Assembly: GCA_037189525.1 (NCBI GenBank)
Contig: JBBCJC010000001.1
Location: 128,001-192,000 of the forward strand
DNA from: Gemmatimonadales bacterium
GTDB taxonomy: Bacteria > Gemmatimonadota > Gemmatimonadetes > Gemmatimonadales > GWC2-71-9
Length of the DNA stretch: 64,000 nt
Direction of reading: 5' to 3'
Part shown: positions 55,067 to 64,000 of the stretch, piece by piece
How positions within the stretch are numbered: the stretch's first letter is position 1
How the letters are laid out: each line of letters starts with the position of its first letter
The notes under the pieces: model-generated
What the model saw: only the letters and a program-made list of their open reading frames with translations
The model's database searches: none
What the model was told of the DNA's origin: nothing
Translations under genes and position numbers: made by a program

Positions 55067-55788
55067 TACGGGGTCCCTCCCAGATGGAATTGATCGATGA
55101 ACTGCACGGCGCGGCCAACCGCAGCCAGATAACGTTCGGTTGCCTCGCGCCCAATCGCGGGCCGACTGCTCCCGCGCGCCTGATAGATCGCACGCACCGA
55201 CGGCGCATCGAAGCCGATGACCGCCGATGCCCGTTCGATGACCTGTGGGGTATCGATCGGCGCCCTGCCCTCCGCCAGCACCAGCGTGGCCCGAAACAAG
55301 ACCCCCAGCACGGCAATGCTGCGCACCACCGTGTCCGCCAGGACGCCGGGCTGCTCGTCGAGCAGGGCGTACGCCTGACGCAATCGCAGCAGCTTGCCAC
55401 GGAACTCCCGCTCCAGAGCGCGCCGGAGATCGCCCGGCGCCACCACCATCCGCTCGAGCGGATCGGGGCCGGCCAGGATGCGGCGGGCCACCTGCATATC
55501 GACGATCTCGATCGGAAAGACGTCGGCCGAGCGGCGCCATTCCTCGAGGGTGAAAATGAGCGGCGGCACCCGCGAGTGCGCCCGGAGCGGTTCGATGGCC
55601 GCCCGCAGGCGCTGCAGCACCGGCGGTTCGAGCGACTCGGTCACCAGCAGCACGTTGAGATCCGAATAGTCGTCGAGATGCTCGCCTCGGGCGGCCGAGC
55701 CGTACAGCACGGCGGAGGCGGTCGCGCCTAACGACTCGCTCACGCTGACGCCGACTTTGTCGATGATCGCCCTGACCTCTGGTCGCAT
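55066..55788 (-). CDS. Pol-beta-like nucleotidyltransferase domain protein
   Basis: LYGSAARG......SDLNVLLV, DVFPIE..DM. 1-nt overlaps with both neighbours. Confidence 0.8.
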   Translation of the reverse strand: MRPEVRAIIDKVGVSVSESLGATASAVLYGSAARGEHLDDYSDLNVLLVTESLEPPVLQRLRAAIEPLRAHSRVPPLIFTLEEWRRSADVFPIEIVDMQVARRILAGPDPLERMVVAPGDLRRALEREFRGKLLRLRQAYALLDEQPGVLADTVVRSIAVLGVLFRATLVLAEGRAPIDTPQVIERASAVIGFDAPSVRAIYQARGSSRPAIGREATERYLAAVGRAVQFIDQFHLGGTP

Positions 55789-56702
55789 CAGAAATTCCCT
55801 CCGGCTCCGCCCCCGCTGAATCCGCCGCCGCCGCCGAATCCGCCAAACCCGCCTCCGCCACCACCCCAACTGCCGCCGCCCCAGCCACCGCCGGACCGGC
55901 GTCCCATCTGACTGCCCAGTACGGCGCCGAGCCAATGGGCCCACTCGTCCTCGGAACCGCGTCTCGAACGATAGCGGCCTCCTCTGCCGCCACCGGACCC
56001 GGGGCCGCCGCCGCGCGAGATCGCAATGGCCATGACCACGAGGATGATGGCCCCGGCGACGACGAGCCCGATGGCCTCGCGCGGAATGGCCCGATCGTCC
56101 CGCGCGAAGATCGACCGATCCTCGCCCACCAGGCTGGAGTCGGTCACCCCAAACCCGGTGGCGATGACCGAGACCAGGTCCGTCACGCCGCGCTCGATGC
56201 CGCCGCCGTAGTCGCCGGCCGAGAGGAGCGGGCGCATCCGGTCGCGAATCCGGCCGGCCATCGCGTCCGTCACGAAGCCCTCGACGCCCCGACCGGTCGC
56301 AATGAACATCCGGCCTGCCGTCGAATCGGTCCGCGGAACGATCAGCATGACCACCCCGGCATTCCGGCGCGGATCCCCGATCTCGGCCGCCGCGCCGACC
56401 TTCCAGGTGCGGCCGATCGCGACCGCCACGTCCACCGGTTCGTAGTTGCCCAGCGTGGGAAGGGTCACCACCGCGATCTCGGCCCCGGTCCGCTGGCGGA
56501 GCAGATCGATCCGCGCCGCGATGCTCGCCGAGCGATCGGCGGGAATGAGGTGCGCCTGGTCGACCACATACCCGGCTGGCGTCGGGGGAAACAGCTGCTC
56601 GATCGAGGCGCGCTGCGCCACCGCTGCCCCCGCAATGCATTGGAGCAGGCCCAGTATCAGACTAACTTTCCCGTGTGTTCCGAGCCGCATTCGTCGCGTC
56701 AT
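55788..56702 (-). CDS. TPM domain protein (start uncertain)
   Basis: GYVVDQA, EIAVVTL, WKVG, GRGVEGFVTD, TM, Gly-rich tail ending FSGGGAGGNF. Confidence 0.9.
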   Translation of the reverse strand: MTRRMRLGTHGKVSLILGLLQCIAGAAVAQRASIEQLFPPTPAGYVVDQAHLIPADRSASIAARIDLLRQRTGAEIAVVTLPTLGNYEPVDVAVAIGRTWKVGAAAEIGDPRRNAGVVMLIVPRTDSTAGRMFIATGRGVEGFVTDAMAGRIRDRMRPLLSAGDYGGGIERGVTDLVSVIATGFGVTDSSLVGEDRSIFARDDRAIPREAIGLVVAGAIILVVMAIAISRGGGPGSGGGRGGRYRSRRGSEDEWAHWLGAVLGSQMGRRSGGGWGGGSWGGGGGGFGGFGGGGGFSGGGAGGNF

Positions 56703-57385
56703 GCCTCTTCGTTGCCGCGTGTGGTCGGCCTGACCATACCGTGCGCGTGTCAGTTCCCGACCTCGATGGCATCGACACCCCGCTCGCCGGGGTCATCGTC
56801 ACCTTCCTGCCCTACGACCGTGACCAAATCCTCGCACAACTCGAGGAAAAAGCCGGGTCGCGTCCTCATACGCAGGAACTCGACAGTCTGTTTCGGCTGT
56901 TTCGAACGCCGTACTCGGCCTATGTCCGCGCCAGCGAGCGCGCGCGGACGACACGACGGCTGCACGACAGTCTGCTCACCACCCGCGGTGCAGACGATGC
57001 GGAGGTTCGGGCTCTGGCTGACTCGGCCGCCCGAATCGATCACGAACTCATAACGGCGCGAGCGACGCTGGACGCCGTACGCGACACTGTTGAGCCGGCC
57101 ATTGCCCGACTGCGAGACGCTAGCCGACGCTGGGAAGATACCACCTATCGCGAGTTCCGGCGATTAGCGCGCAATGCGAGGCGCGGATTCTTTGCCCGCC
57201 CCTTTGCCGATACCACCGATGCGGAAGGCTGGGCATCGATCCGGCTGGTCGGGCGGAACTGGTGGGTCATGGCGCAGGCCCTCGATCCGACGGACCCGAA
57301 CGGCGAATGGTACTGGAATCTCCCGCTCGACGGCGATACCGTCTATCTCGACTCCCGAACCGGCCGGCTCCGGCCCAGGTACTGA
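56675..57385 (+). CDS. Hypothetical lipoprotein
   Basis: FVAAC lipobox, coiled-coil middle, Trp-rich C-terminus. Confidence 0.7.
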   Translation: MFRAAFVASCLFVAACGRPDHTVRVSVPDLDGIDTPLAGVIVTFLPYDRDQILAQLEEKAGSRPHTQELDSLFRLFRTPYSAYVRASERARTTRRLHDSLLTTRGADDAEVRALADSAARIDHELITARATLDAVRDTVEPAIARLRDASRRWEDTTYREFRRLARNARRGFFARPFADTTDAEGWASIRLVGRNWWVMAQALDPTDPNGEWYWNLPLDGDTVYLDSRTGRLRPRY

Positions 57386-57387
57386 TC

Positions 57388-58002
57388 ATGTTGCGTACCC
57401 TCCTCGTCGTCCTCTCGTTAGGCACCGCGCTGGCCGCGACGGCGGACGCCCAGAACATTCCGCTGTCGGCCCGGTCCAAGGGATCGCCGAATGCGCCGAT
57501 CGTGGTCTACGAGATGTCGGATTTCCAGTGCCCGTTTTGCCGCCGGCACGCGCTGGAAACCTTTCCGTCTCTCGACCGTGAATACATCCAGACGGGCAAG
57601 GTCCGCTGGGTCTTCGTGAATCTGCCGCTCACCTCGATTCACCCGAACGCGGTTCCCGCGGCGGCGGTCGCCATGTGCGCCGCCAAGCACGGGAAGTTCT
57701 GGCCCGCGCATGATCTGATTTTCCGCCATCAGGAAACCTGGGGACCGCTCCGCAATCCGGCCCCGTTCTTCCTGACGCTGATCGATTCGCTCCGCCTGCC
57801 CAAGGCGCCGATGACGGCCTGCCTCGAGAAGGACGAGATGGTGGCGCAGATCCGGTCGGATGCCGAAGGCGCCGTCAAGAGCGGAGCGCAGAGCACGCCG
57901 ACGTTCTACGTCGAAGGCGGCCTGATCGTCGGATCGCAGCCGCTCCAACTCTTCCGCGCGGTCCTGGATTCGCTCCACGCAGCCAAGACCCGGAAACCGT
58001 GA
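57388..58002 (+). CDS. DsbA/thioredoxin-fold protein
   Basis: Signal peptide, SDFQCPFC, STPTF cis-Pro loop. Confidence 0.9.
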   Translation: MLRTLLVVLSLGTALAATADAQNIPLSARSKGSPNAPIVVYEMSDFQCPFCRRHALETFPSLDREYIQTGKVRWVFVNLPLTSIHPNAVPAAAVAMCAAKHGKFWPAHDLIFRHQETWGPLRNPAPFFLTLIDSLRLPKAPMTACLEKDEMVAQIRSDAEGAVKSGAQSTPTFYVEGGLIVGSQPLQLFRAVLDSLHAAKTRKP

Positions 58003-58904
58003 TCCTCAAGAATCTCCAGTATCTGGTGGCGCTCGCACGAGAGAAACACTTCGCGCGCGCCGCCGCCGCCTGCGGCGTGACGCAACCGACCCTGTCGGCC
58101 GGACTCAAACAGCTCGAGGAAGATTTGGGTCTGCTGCTGGTCAGGCGAGCTCAGCGGTTCGAAGGCCTGACATCGGAAGGCGAACGGGTTCTGGAGTGGG
58201 CCTTCCGCGTTCTGGGCGACTACGACAGCCTGCTGCAGGAAGCCAGCGAACTTCGAGGCGGACTCTCCGGACGCCTGAGCATCGGCGTGATTCCCACCGC
58301 ACTGCCCATGGTGACCCTGCTGACCGCTCCCTTCGTGGCGACTCATCCCAAGGTAGCGGTGCAGGTGATTTCCCTATCTTCCCAGGAAATCCAGCGAGGC
58401 CTGGACGACTTCAGCCTCGATGCGGGCGTCACCTACCTCGACAACGAACCGCTCGCCAACGTCCGGGGCATTCCGCTCTACCGGGAGCAATATTTCCTGT
58501 TCACTCCGCGGACCAGCGAAATCGCCGGCCGCGCTCACGTCAGCTGGGCAGATGCCGCCGGAGAGGGTCTCTGCCTGCTGACGCCGAACATGCAGAACCG
58601 GCGAATCATCGACGGCCACTTTACCGCCGTCGGCATCGCGGCCACGCCCGCCGTGGAGACCAATTCGGTCCTGGCGCTCTGGGCGCATCTGCAGACGGGT
58701 CGCTGGGCCAGCGTGCTGCCCCAGACCTTCCTGTACCTGTTCGGCGTTCCTGCGAACCTTGCGGTCATTCCCATCGAAGGGCCGGACCAGGGATTCACCA
58801 TCGGCGTCGCCGTCCCCGACCGGGAGCCGCTGACCCCGTCGGCCCGGGAGTTGACCCGCCTGGCCGAGACCTTGGACCTCGACTCGGCCATGAGCCGACG
58901 CTGA
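57999..58904 (+). CDS. LysR family regulator, probable fds regulator
   Basis: HFARAA..C.VTQPTLS HTH, LCLLTPNMQNRRII. Next to the fdhD/fds locus. Confidence 0.88.
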   Translation: MILKNLQYLVALAREKHFARAAAACGVTQPTLSAGLKQLEEDLGLLLVRRAQRFEGLTSEGERVLEWAFRVLGDYDSLLQEASELRGGLSGRLSIGVIPTALPMVTLLTAPFVATHPKVAVQVISLSSQEIQRGLDDFSLDAGVTYLDNEPLANVRGIPLYREQYFLFTPRTSEIAGRAHVSWADAAGEGLCLLTPNMQNRRIIDGHFTAVGIAATPAVETNSVLALWAHLQTGRWASVLPQTFLYLFGVPANLAVIPIEGPDQGFTIGVAVPDREPLTPSARELTRLAETLDLDSAMSRR

Positions 58905-58935
58905 GCGTCAGGCAGTGATCGTCAGGCGGTGATGG

Positions 58936-59784
58936 TCAGGCGGTGACCCGCTCCGCCCCGGTATAGACGGTGCGGCGGTTCCCCCGGGCAAAACCCACCA
59001 GCGTCATTCCCGCCTGCTCCGCAACTCGAATCGCCAGGCCGGTTGGTGCGGATATGGCCGCGAGCAGCGGGGCGCCGAATCGGGCCGCCTTCTGCGCCAT
59101 CTCGAAACTGGCCCGACTGGTCACCACGACGAAGCCGGCCCCCGGATCGACCCCGCGCCGGAGGGCCGCGCCGATCAGTTTGTCGAGCGCGTTGTGCCGG
59201 CCGACATCTTCCCGCACCAATTCGAGCGTCCCGTCGGCGCGTGCCCAGCCGGCGGCGTGCACCGCCCCGGCCTCCGCATTGAGCGGCTGCGCCCGATCCA
59301 GCGCAGCAAACGCCGACGCCAGCGCCGCTCCCGAAACCGGACGCCCGGGCGCCACCGGTCGCACCTCGCGCACCACGTCGCGAAACGCCTCCGCTCCGCA
59401 GATCCCGCACCCGGTCCGCCCGGTCAGCCGCCGCCCGCGCGCCTGAATCCCGGCCATCCGTTCCTCCACGACGTCGATCTGCAGTTCGATCCCCTGGCTG
59501 AATCGAACGACGGCGACACCCCGGATGTCTCCCGCGGATTCGATCAGCCCTTCGGTATAGCTGAAGCCGAGGGCGAAATCCTCGAGGTGCTCGGGGGTCG
59601 CCATCATGACGAGATGGGAAACGCCGTTGTAGACCAGCGCAACCGGGACCTCTTCCGCCACCGGTTCCACCGTATCGGCCACCTCGGCTCCGGCCCACCG
59701 CCGCGCCGGCCGACGTTCGATCGGCTCCAGGTACCCCAGTCGGCCGAGCCCCGATCCCGGGACCATCGCTTCGTGCTCGCTCAT
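58936..59784 (-). CDS. fdhD: Formate dehydrogenase accessory sulfurtransferase
   Basis: MMATP..LEDFALGF..TEG, GCGICG, GAVHAA, REDVGRHNALDKL. Confidence 0.95.
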   Translation of the reverse strand: MSEHEAMVPGSGLGRLGYLEPIERRPARRWAGAEVADTVEPVAEEVPVALVYNGVSHLVMMATPEHLEDFALGFSYTEGLIESAGDIRGVAVVRFSQGIELQIDVVEERMAGIQARGRRLTGRTGCGICGAEAFRDVVREVRPVAPGRPVSGAALASAFAALDRAQPLNAEAGAVHAAGWARADGTLELVREDVGRHNALDKLIGAALRRGVDPGAGFVVVTSRASFEMAQKAARFGAPLLAAISAPTGLAIRVAEQAGMTLVGFARGNRRTVYTGAERVTA

Positions 59785-59844
59785 CGGAAATGACCCCGTC
59801 TGATCGATCCTGCCTCAATATATCGGTCAATTCGTCCGCGAATC

Positions 59845-59871
59845 GTCATGATAGTTTTTGTCTATCACGAC
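59845..59871. promoter_or_regulatory. LysR-type operator between fdhD and fdsG
   Basis: GTCATGATAG-N7-CTATCACGAC inverted repeat containing T-N11-A. Confidence 0.65.
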
Positions 59872-59921
59872 ATCGGACTATTCGATTTGCGGTTCGGCAC
59901 CGATGCACGAAGCTTAGAAGG

Positions 59922-60410
59922 ATGTCTGATGATGTATCAATTCCGACCCCTGATGTCGGCGAAACGATCGATACGGCCATCCGCCAACACCAGCATCGCG
60001 CCGGCCCGCTGCTCCCCATCCTTCATCAGGTTCAGGAACGACTCGGCTACGTACCCGGTGAAGCCGTGGCGATGATTGCGCAGCGACTGAATCTGTCCCG
60101 GGCCGAGGTCCACGGAGTGGTGTCGTTCTATCACGACTTCCGCGAAGCTCCGGCCGGACGAACGGTGCTGCGCATCTGCCGGGCCGAGTCGTGTCAGGCA
60201 GTCGGGGCGGAAGGGCTGATCGACCGGGCCCGCGACGTGCTGGGCATCGACTGGCATGAGACGACCTCGGACGGCGCCGTAACGCTCGAACCGGTCTATT
60301 GTCTCGGCAATTGTGCCCTGTCGCCCGCGCTGACGCTGGGCGGGCGGATTCACGGCCGGGTCACCCCCGAAGGGTTCGAGCAGTTGCTGACCGAGGCGCG
60401 CGAATCATGA
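59922..60410 (+). CDS. fdsG: NAD-dependent formate dehydrogenase gamma subunit (NuoE-like)
   Basis: LLPILH.VQ, NLSRAEVHGVVSFYHDFR, CRAESC, CLGNC. Confidence 0.92.
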   Translation: MSDDVSIPTPDVGETIDTAIRQHQHRAGPLLPILHQVQERLGYVPGEAVAMIAQRLNLSRAEVHGVVSFYHDFREAPAGRTVLRICRAESCQAVGAEGLIDRARDVLGIDWHETTSDGAVTLEPVYCLGNCALSPALTLGGRIHGRVTPEGFEQLLTEARES

Positions 60411-61966
60411 CCAAGATTTTCGTCCCCGGCGATTCGGGCGCCCTCTCGGTCGGTGCGGAGGAAGTGGCCTGGACGGTGGCCCGCGAGGCCGCGATTCGGG
60501 ACATTCCGATTTCGCTGGTCCGGAACGGATCGCGCGGCCTCTACTGGCTCGAGCCGATGGTCGAAGTCGAGACGACGGCCGGCCGGGTGGCTTACGGCCC
60601 GGTCACCGGCGACGATGTGCCCGGACTGTTCGACGCCGGTTTCCATCTCGGTCAGCCGCATCGTCTCTCGCTCGGCCGGCCGGAGTCGATTCCCTATCTC
60701 GCGCGACAGGAGCGGTTGACCACGGCCCTGGTCGGGGTGATCGATCCGCGGTCGATTGCCGACTATGTCGCACACGGCGGCTACCAGGGGCTCGGCCGCG
60801 CTGCGCAGCTTGCGCCTTCCGAAATCGTCGAGACGGTGATCCGTTCCGGCCTGCGAGGGCGCGGCGGTGCGGCTTTCCCGACGGGAATCAAGTGGAAGAC
60901 AGCTGCGCAGGCGGAGACGGATCAGAAGTACATCGTCTGCAACGCCGACGAGGGCGACTCCGGCACTTTCTCGGATCGGATGATCATGGAGGGCGACCCC
61001 TTCGTGCTGCTCGAAGGGATGACCATCGCCGGCCTGGCCGTCGGAGCGACCAAGGGTTTCATCTACCTGCGTTCGGAATACCCGCATGCGCGGCTGGCGC
61101 TGGAAGCCGCGATTCGCGCCGCCGAGGAGTACGGGTACCTGGGCGCCGACGTGGCGGGCTCAGGCCGACGTTTCGAAATCGAGGTGCGGATGGGCGCAGG
61201 CGCCTACATCTGCGGCGAAGAAACGGCCCTGCTCGAAAGCCTCGAAGGCAAGCGCGGAATGGTTCGCTTCAAGCCGCCGCTCCCGGCAATCAAAGGCCTC
61301 TTCGGCAAACCGACGATCATCAACAACGTGATCACCTTGGCCTCGGTACCGATCATTCTCGATCGCGGGGCGGAGTTTTATCGCGACTACGGCCAGGGCC
61401 GCTCCCAAGGCACCCTGCCGATCCAGCTGGCCGGTAACATCAAGCATGGCGGGCTGGTCGAGAAGGCCTTCGGCATCACGCTCCGCGAATTGCTCTACGA
61501 CTTCGGCGGCGGCAGCCGTTCCGGACGGCCGATTCGCGCGGTGCAGGTCGGCGGGCCGCTGGGGCCGTTCATGCCCGAATCGCAGTTCGACACGCCGGTC
61601 GACTATGAGGCGTTCAGCGCGGTCGGGGCCATGGTGGGACACGGTGGCATCGTGGTGTTCGACGATACGGTCGACATGGCGGCGATGGCACGATATGCGC
61701 TCGAGTTCTGCGCCATCGAGTCGTGCGGCAAGTGCACCCCGTGCCGGATCGGTTCGACCCGCGGCGTCGAAGTGATCGACCGGATCGTGCGCAACGAGCG
61801 GCGCGAGGAAAACGCCGAGCTGTTGCGCGATCTCTGTGAAACGATGGTGAGCGGTTCGCTGTGCGCCCTGGGCGGGATGGCCCCGTACCCGGTGCAGAGC
61901 GCCCTGCAGCATTTCCCGGAAGATTTCGGCCTCGAAGCCCTGGCGGCGACAGGCCGGAGCGTTTGA
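60407..61966 (+). CDS. fdsB: NAD-dependent formate dehydrogenase beta subunit (NuoF-like)
   Basis: RNGSRGLYWLEP, GRGGAAFPTG.KW, NADEGD, YICGEET, ESCGKCTPCRIG. Confidence 0.93.
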   Translation: MTKIFVPGDSGALSVGAEEVAWTVAREAAIRDIPISLVRNGSRGLYWLEPMVEVETTAGRVAYGPVTGDDVPGLFDAGFHLGQPHRLSLGRPESIPYLARQERLTTALVGVIDPRSIADYVAHGGYQGLGRAAQLAPSEIVETVIRSGLRGRGGAAFPTGIKWKTAAQAETDQKYIVCNADEGDSGTFSDRMIMEGDPFVLLEGMTIAGLAVGATKGFIYLRSEYPHARLALEAAIRAAEEYGYLGADVAGSGRRFEIEVRMGAGAYICGEETALLESLEGKRGMVRFKPPLPAIKGLFGKPTIINNVITLASVPIILDRGAEFYRDYGQGRSQGTLPIQLAGNIKHGGLVEKAFGITLRELLYDFGGGSRSGRPIRAVQVGGPLGPFMPESQFDTPVDYEAFSAVGAMVGHGGIVVFDDTVDMAAMARYALEFCAIESCGKCTPCRIGSTRGVEVIDRIVRNERREENAELLRDLCETMVSGSLCALGGMAPYPVQSALQHFPEDFGLEALAATGRSV

Positions 61967-61979
61967 CGCGGAGTCCGTT

Positions 61980-64000
61980 ATGACTGCGATCCACGAAATC
62001 GACTACGGTACACCGGCTCGCGAAGGCGCGCAGGCCGTGACCCTGACCATCGACGGCGTGCCGGTCACCGTACCGGAAGGCACCTCGGTAATGCGCGCCG
62101 CCATCACGGCCGGCGTCGGGATTCCGAAGCTATGCGCCACCGACAGCCTGGAGGCGTTCGGATCGTGCCGGCTCTGTCTGGTGCAGATCGAAGGGCGCCG
62201 CGGCTTCCCGGCCTCGTGCACCACGCCGGTCGAGCCCGGGATGAAGGTGACGACACAGAACCAGCAGATCGGCAAGCTGCGGCGCGGGGTGATGGAACTG
62301 TACATCTCCGACCATCCGCTCGACTGCCTCACCTGCGCCGCCAACGGCGACTGCGAACTCCAGGACGTGGCGGGCGAAGTCGGGCTGCGCGAGGTGCGTT
62401 ACGGCTATGAAGGCGCCAATCATCTGAAGGCGGAAAAGGACACCTCCAATTCGTACTTCACCTTCGACCCCAGTAAATGCATCGTCTGTTCGCGGTGCGT
62501 CCGCGCGTGTGAGGACATCCAGGGCACCTTTGCGCTGACGATTTCCGGACGCGGCTTCGATTCGGTCGTCTCGCCGGGTCAGCTCGGCACCTTCATGGAG
62601 TCGGAGTGCGTCTCCTGCGGCGCGTGTGTGCAGGCCTGCCCCACCGCGACCCTGATGGAGAACACGGTCATCGAAGCCGGTACGCCCAGTCACTCGGTCA
62701 TCACGACCTGCGGCTATTGCGGCGTCGGCTGCGCCTTCGAAGCGGAGATGAAGGGCAGCGAGGTGGTGCGGATGACGCCATACAAGGACGGCCAGGCCAA
62801 CCACGGGCATTCCTGCGTCAAGGGCCGGTTTGCCTGGGGGTATGCGACCCACCCGGACCGGATCACCAAGCCGATGATTCGCCACTCGATCAGCGATCCG
62901 TGGCGCGAGGTTTCCTGGGAAGAGGCCATCGGGTACGCGGCGTCCGAGTTCAAGCGGATCCAGGCCAAGTATGGTCGTGGCGCGGTAGGAGCGATTTCCT
63001 CCTCGCGCTGCAGCAACGAAGAAACCTATCTGATGCAGAAGCTGGTGCGCACGGCGTTCGGCAACAACAATATCGATACCTGCGCACGGGTCTGCCATTC
63101 ACCGACCGGCTACGGCCTCAAGCAGACGCTGGGTGAGTCGGCCGGGACCCAGAACTTCGACTCGGTGCGCACGGCCGACGTGATTTTCGTCATCGGCGCC
63201 AATCCGACCGATGCCCATCCGGTCTTCGCGTCGTACATGAAGCGGCGGATCCGCGAAGGGGCTCGCCTGATCGTGGCCGACCCGCGCCGGATCGACCTGG
63301 TGCGGTCGGCGCATGTCGAGGCGGATTACCATCTCAAGCTGCGTCCCGGCACCAACGTGGCGCTGCTCAGCTCCCTGGCGCACGTCATCGTCACCGAAGG
63401 ACTGGTACAGGAAGCGTTCGTGGCCGAGCGGTGCGACCCGGCCAGCTTCGAGGCGTGGCGAGCGTTCGTGGCCAAGCCGGAAAACTCCCCTGAGGCGATG
63501 GAAGCGGTGACCGGCGTTTCCGCTGCCGACGTGCGCGGCGCCGCGCGGCTCTATGCGACCGGCGGCAACGCCGCGATTTACTACGGGCTGGGCGTCACGG
63601 AACACAGCCAGGGTTCGACGGCGGTCATCGGCATCGCCAACCTCGCCATGGCCACGGGCAACGTGGGTCGCGAGGGGGTCGGGGTCAATCCGCTTCGGGG
63701 GCAGAACAATGTCCAGGGTTCCTGCGACATGGGGTCCTTCCCGCACGAGTTGCCCGGCTACCGTCATGTACTGGACGACACGGTCCGCTCGAGCTTCGAA
63801 TCGGCCTGGGGCATCAGCCTCGACCCCGAGCCCGGCCTTCGGATTCCGAACATGTTCGCGGCGTCGATCGACGGCTCATTCAAGGGCCTCTATCTCGAGG
63901 GTGAGGACATTGCGCAGTCCGATCCGAACACCCAGCATGTCACCGCCGCGCTCACCGCGATGGAATGCATCGTGGTGCAGGACCTCTTTCTGAACGAGAC
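61980..64000 (+). CDS. fdsA: NAD-dependent formate dehydrogenase alpha subunit (partial, runs off the window)
   Basis: Manual translation, absent from the ORF track because there is no stop: MTAIHEIDYGTP...IPKLCATDSLEAFGSCRLC..., TCGYCGVGC, DTCARVCHSPT, PLRGQNNVQGSCD. Confidence 0.93.
   Translation, partial: MTAIHEIDYGTPAREGAQAVTLTIDGVPVTVPEGTSVMRAAITAGVGIPKLCATDSLEAFGSCRLCLVQIEGRRGFPASCTTPVEPGMKVTTQNQQIGKLRRGVMELYISDHPLDCLTCAANGDCELQDVAGEVGLREVRYGYEGANHLKAEKDTSNSYFTFDPSKCIVCSRCVRACEDIQGTFALTISGRGFDSVVSPGQLGTFMESECVSCGACVQACPTATLMENTVIEAGTPSHSVITTCGYCGVGCAFEAEMKGSEVVRMTPYKDGQANHGHSCVKGRFAWGYATHPDRITKPMIRHSISDPWREVSWEEAIGYAASEFKRIQAKYGRGAVGAISSSRCSNEETYLMQKLVRTAFGNNNIDTCARVCHSPTGYGLKQTLGESAGTQNFDSVRTADVIFVIGANPTDAHPVFASYMKRRIREGARLIVADPRRIDLVRSAHVEADYHLKLRPGTNVALLSSLAHVIVTEGLVQEAFVAERCDPASFEAWRAFVAKPENSPEAMEAVTGVSAADVRGAARLYATGGNAAIYYGLGVTEHSQGSTAVIGIANLAMATGNVGREGVGVNPLRGQNNVQGSCDMGSFPHELPGYRHVLDDTVRSSFESAWGISLDPEPGLRIPNMFAASIDGSFKGLYLEGEDIAQSDPNTQHVTAALTAMECIVVQDLFLNE

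Noticed and set aside
55800..55900. CCG/CCA-rich repeat-like tract (also 45950-45970)
   Set aside because: Encodes the Gly-rich TPM tail and a poly-Pro linker, not a DNA repeat element
54500..56640. 508-aa and 524-aa ORFs suggesting large LemA or NTase fusions
   Set aside because: N-terminal extensions are off-frame overlaps of neighbours. True starts at 55066 and 55788 give clean 1-nt coupling
61980..64000. Selenocysteine-containing formate dehydrogenase
   Set aside because: The active-site codon is TGC (Cys) in CARVCH
1..64000. CRISPR arrays, tRNA/rRNA genes, prophage, transposases
   Set aside because: No spaced direct repeats, cloverleaf signatures or relevant protein motifs were seen by eye

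Overview
High-GC bacterial chromosomal segment. Gene content and style suggest Gemmatimonadota, which is an inference. Housekeeping blocks are lipA-pdhABC-lpdA-lipB, dnaE-accA-ricT(PSP1)-metG, an envelope cluster (GT4, GT2, DUF3108), nfeD-flotillin, and TPM-NTase-lemA. Accessory blocks are modABC, a HigBA-type TA pair, a MocR regulator, PadR plus an ADOP orphan permease, a MaoC/acyl-CoA ligase/fused IOR operon, and an NAD-dependent formate dehydrogenase locus (LysR, fdhD, fdsGBA, cut off by the window end). The most notable locus is 20182-26334. On the plus strand is a B-family-derived heme-copper enzyme whose catalytic Tyr is replaced by Gln (eNOR-like putative NO reductase), with a small subunit, a CuA subunit and a SCO protein. 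Divergent from it is an operon encoding a cytochrome b / 2x[4Fe-4S] / MvhD(FlpD)-like triple fusion, a membrane-anchored partner and an Fe-S Rrf2 regulator. Also found: a candidate structured RNA upstream of an M23 peptidase, a degenerate attC-like site, a frameshifted dinD remnant, and several operator palindromes. No rRNA, tRNA, CRISPR array, integrase or transposase was seen. All family calls come from motif recognition by eye, with no database searches.
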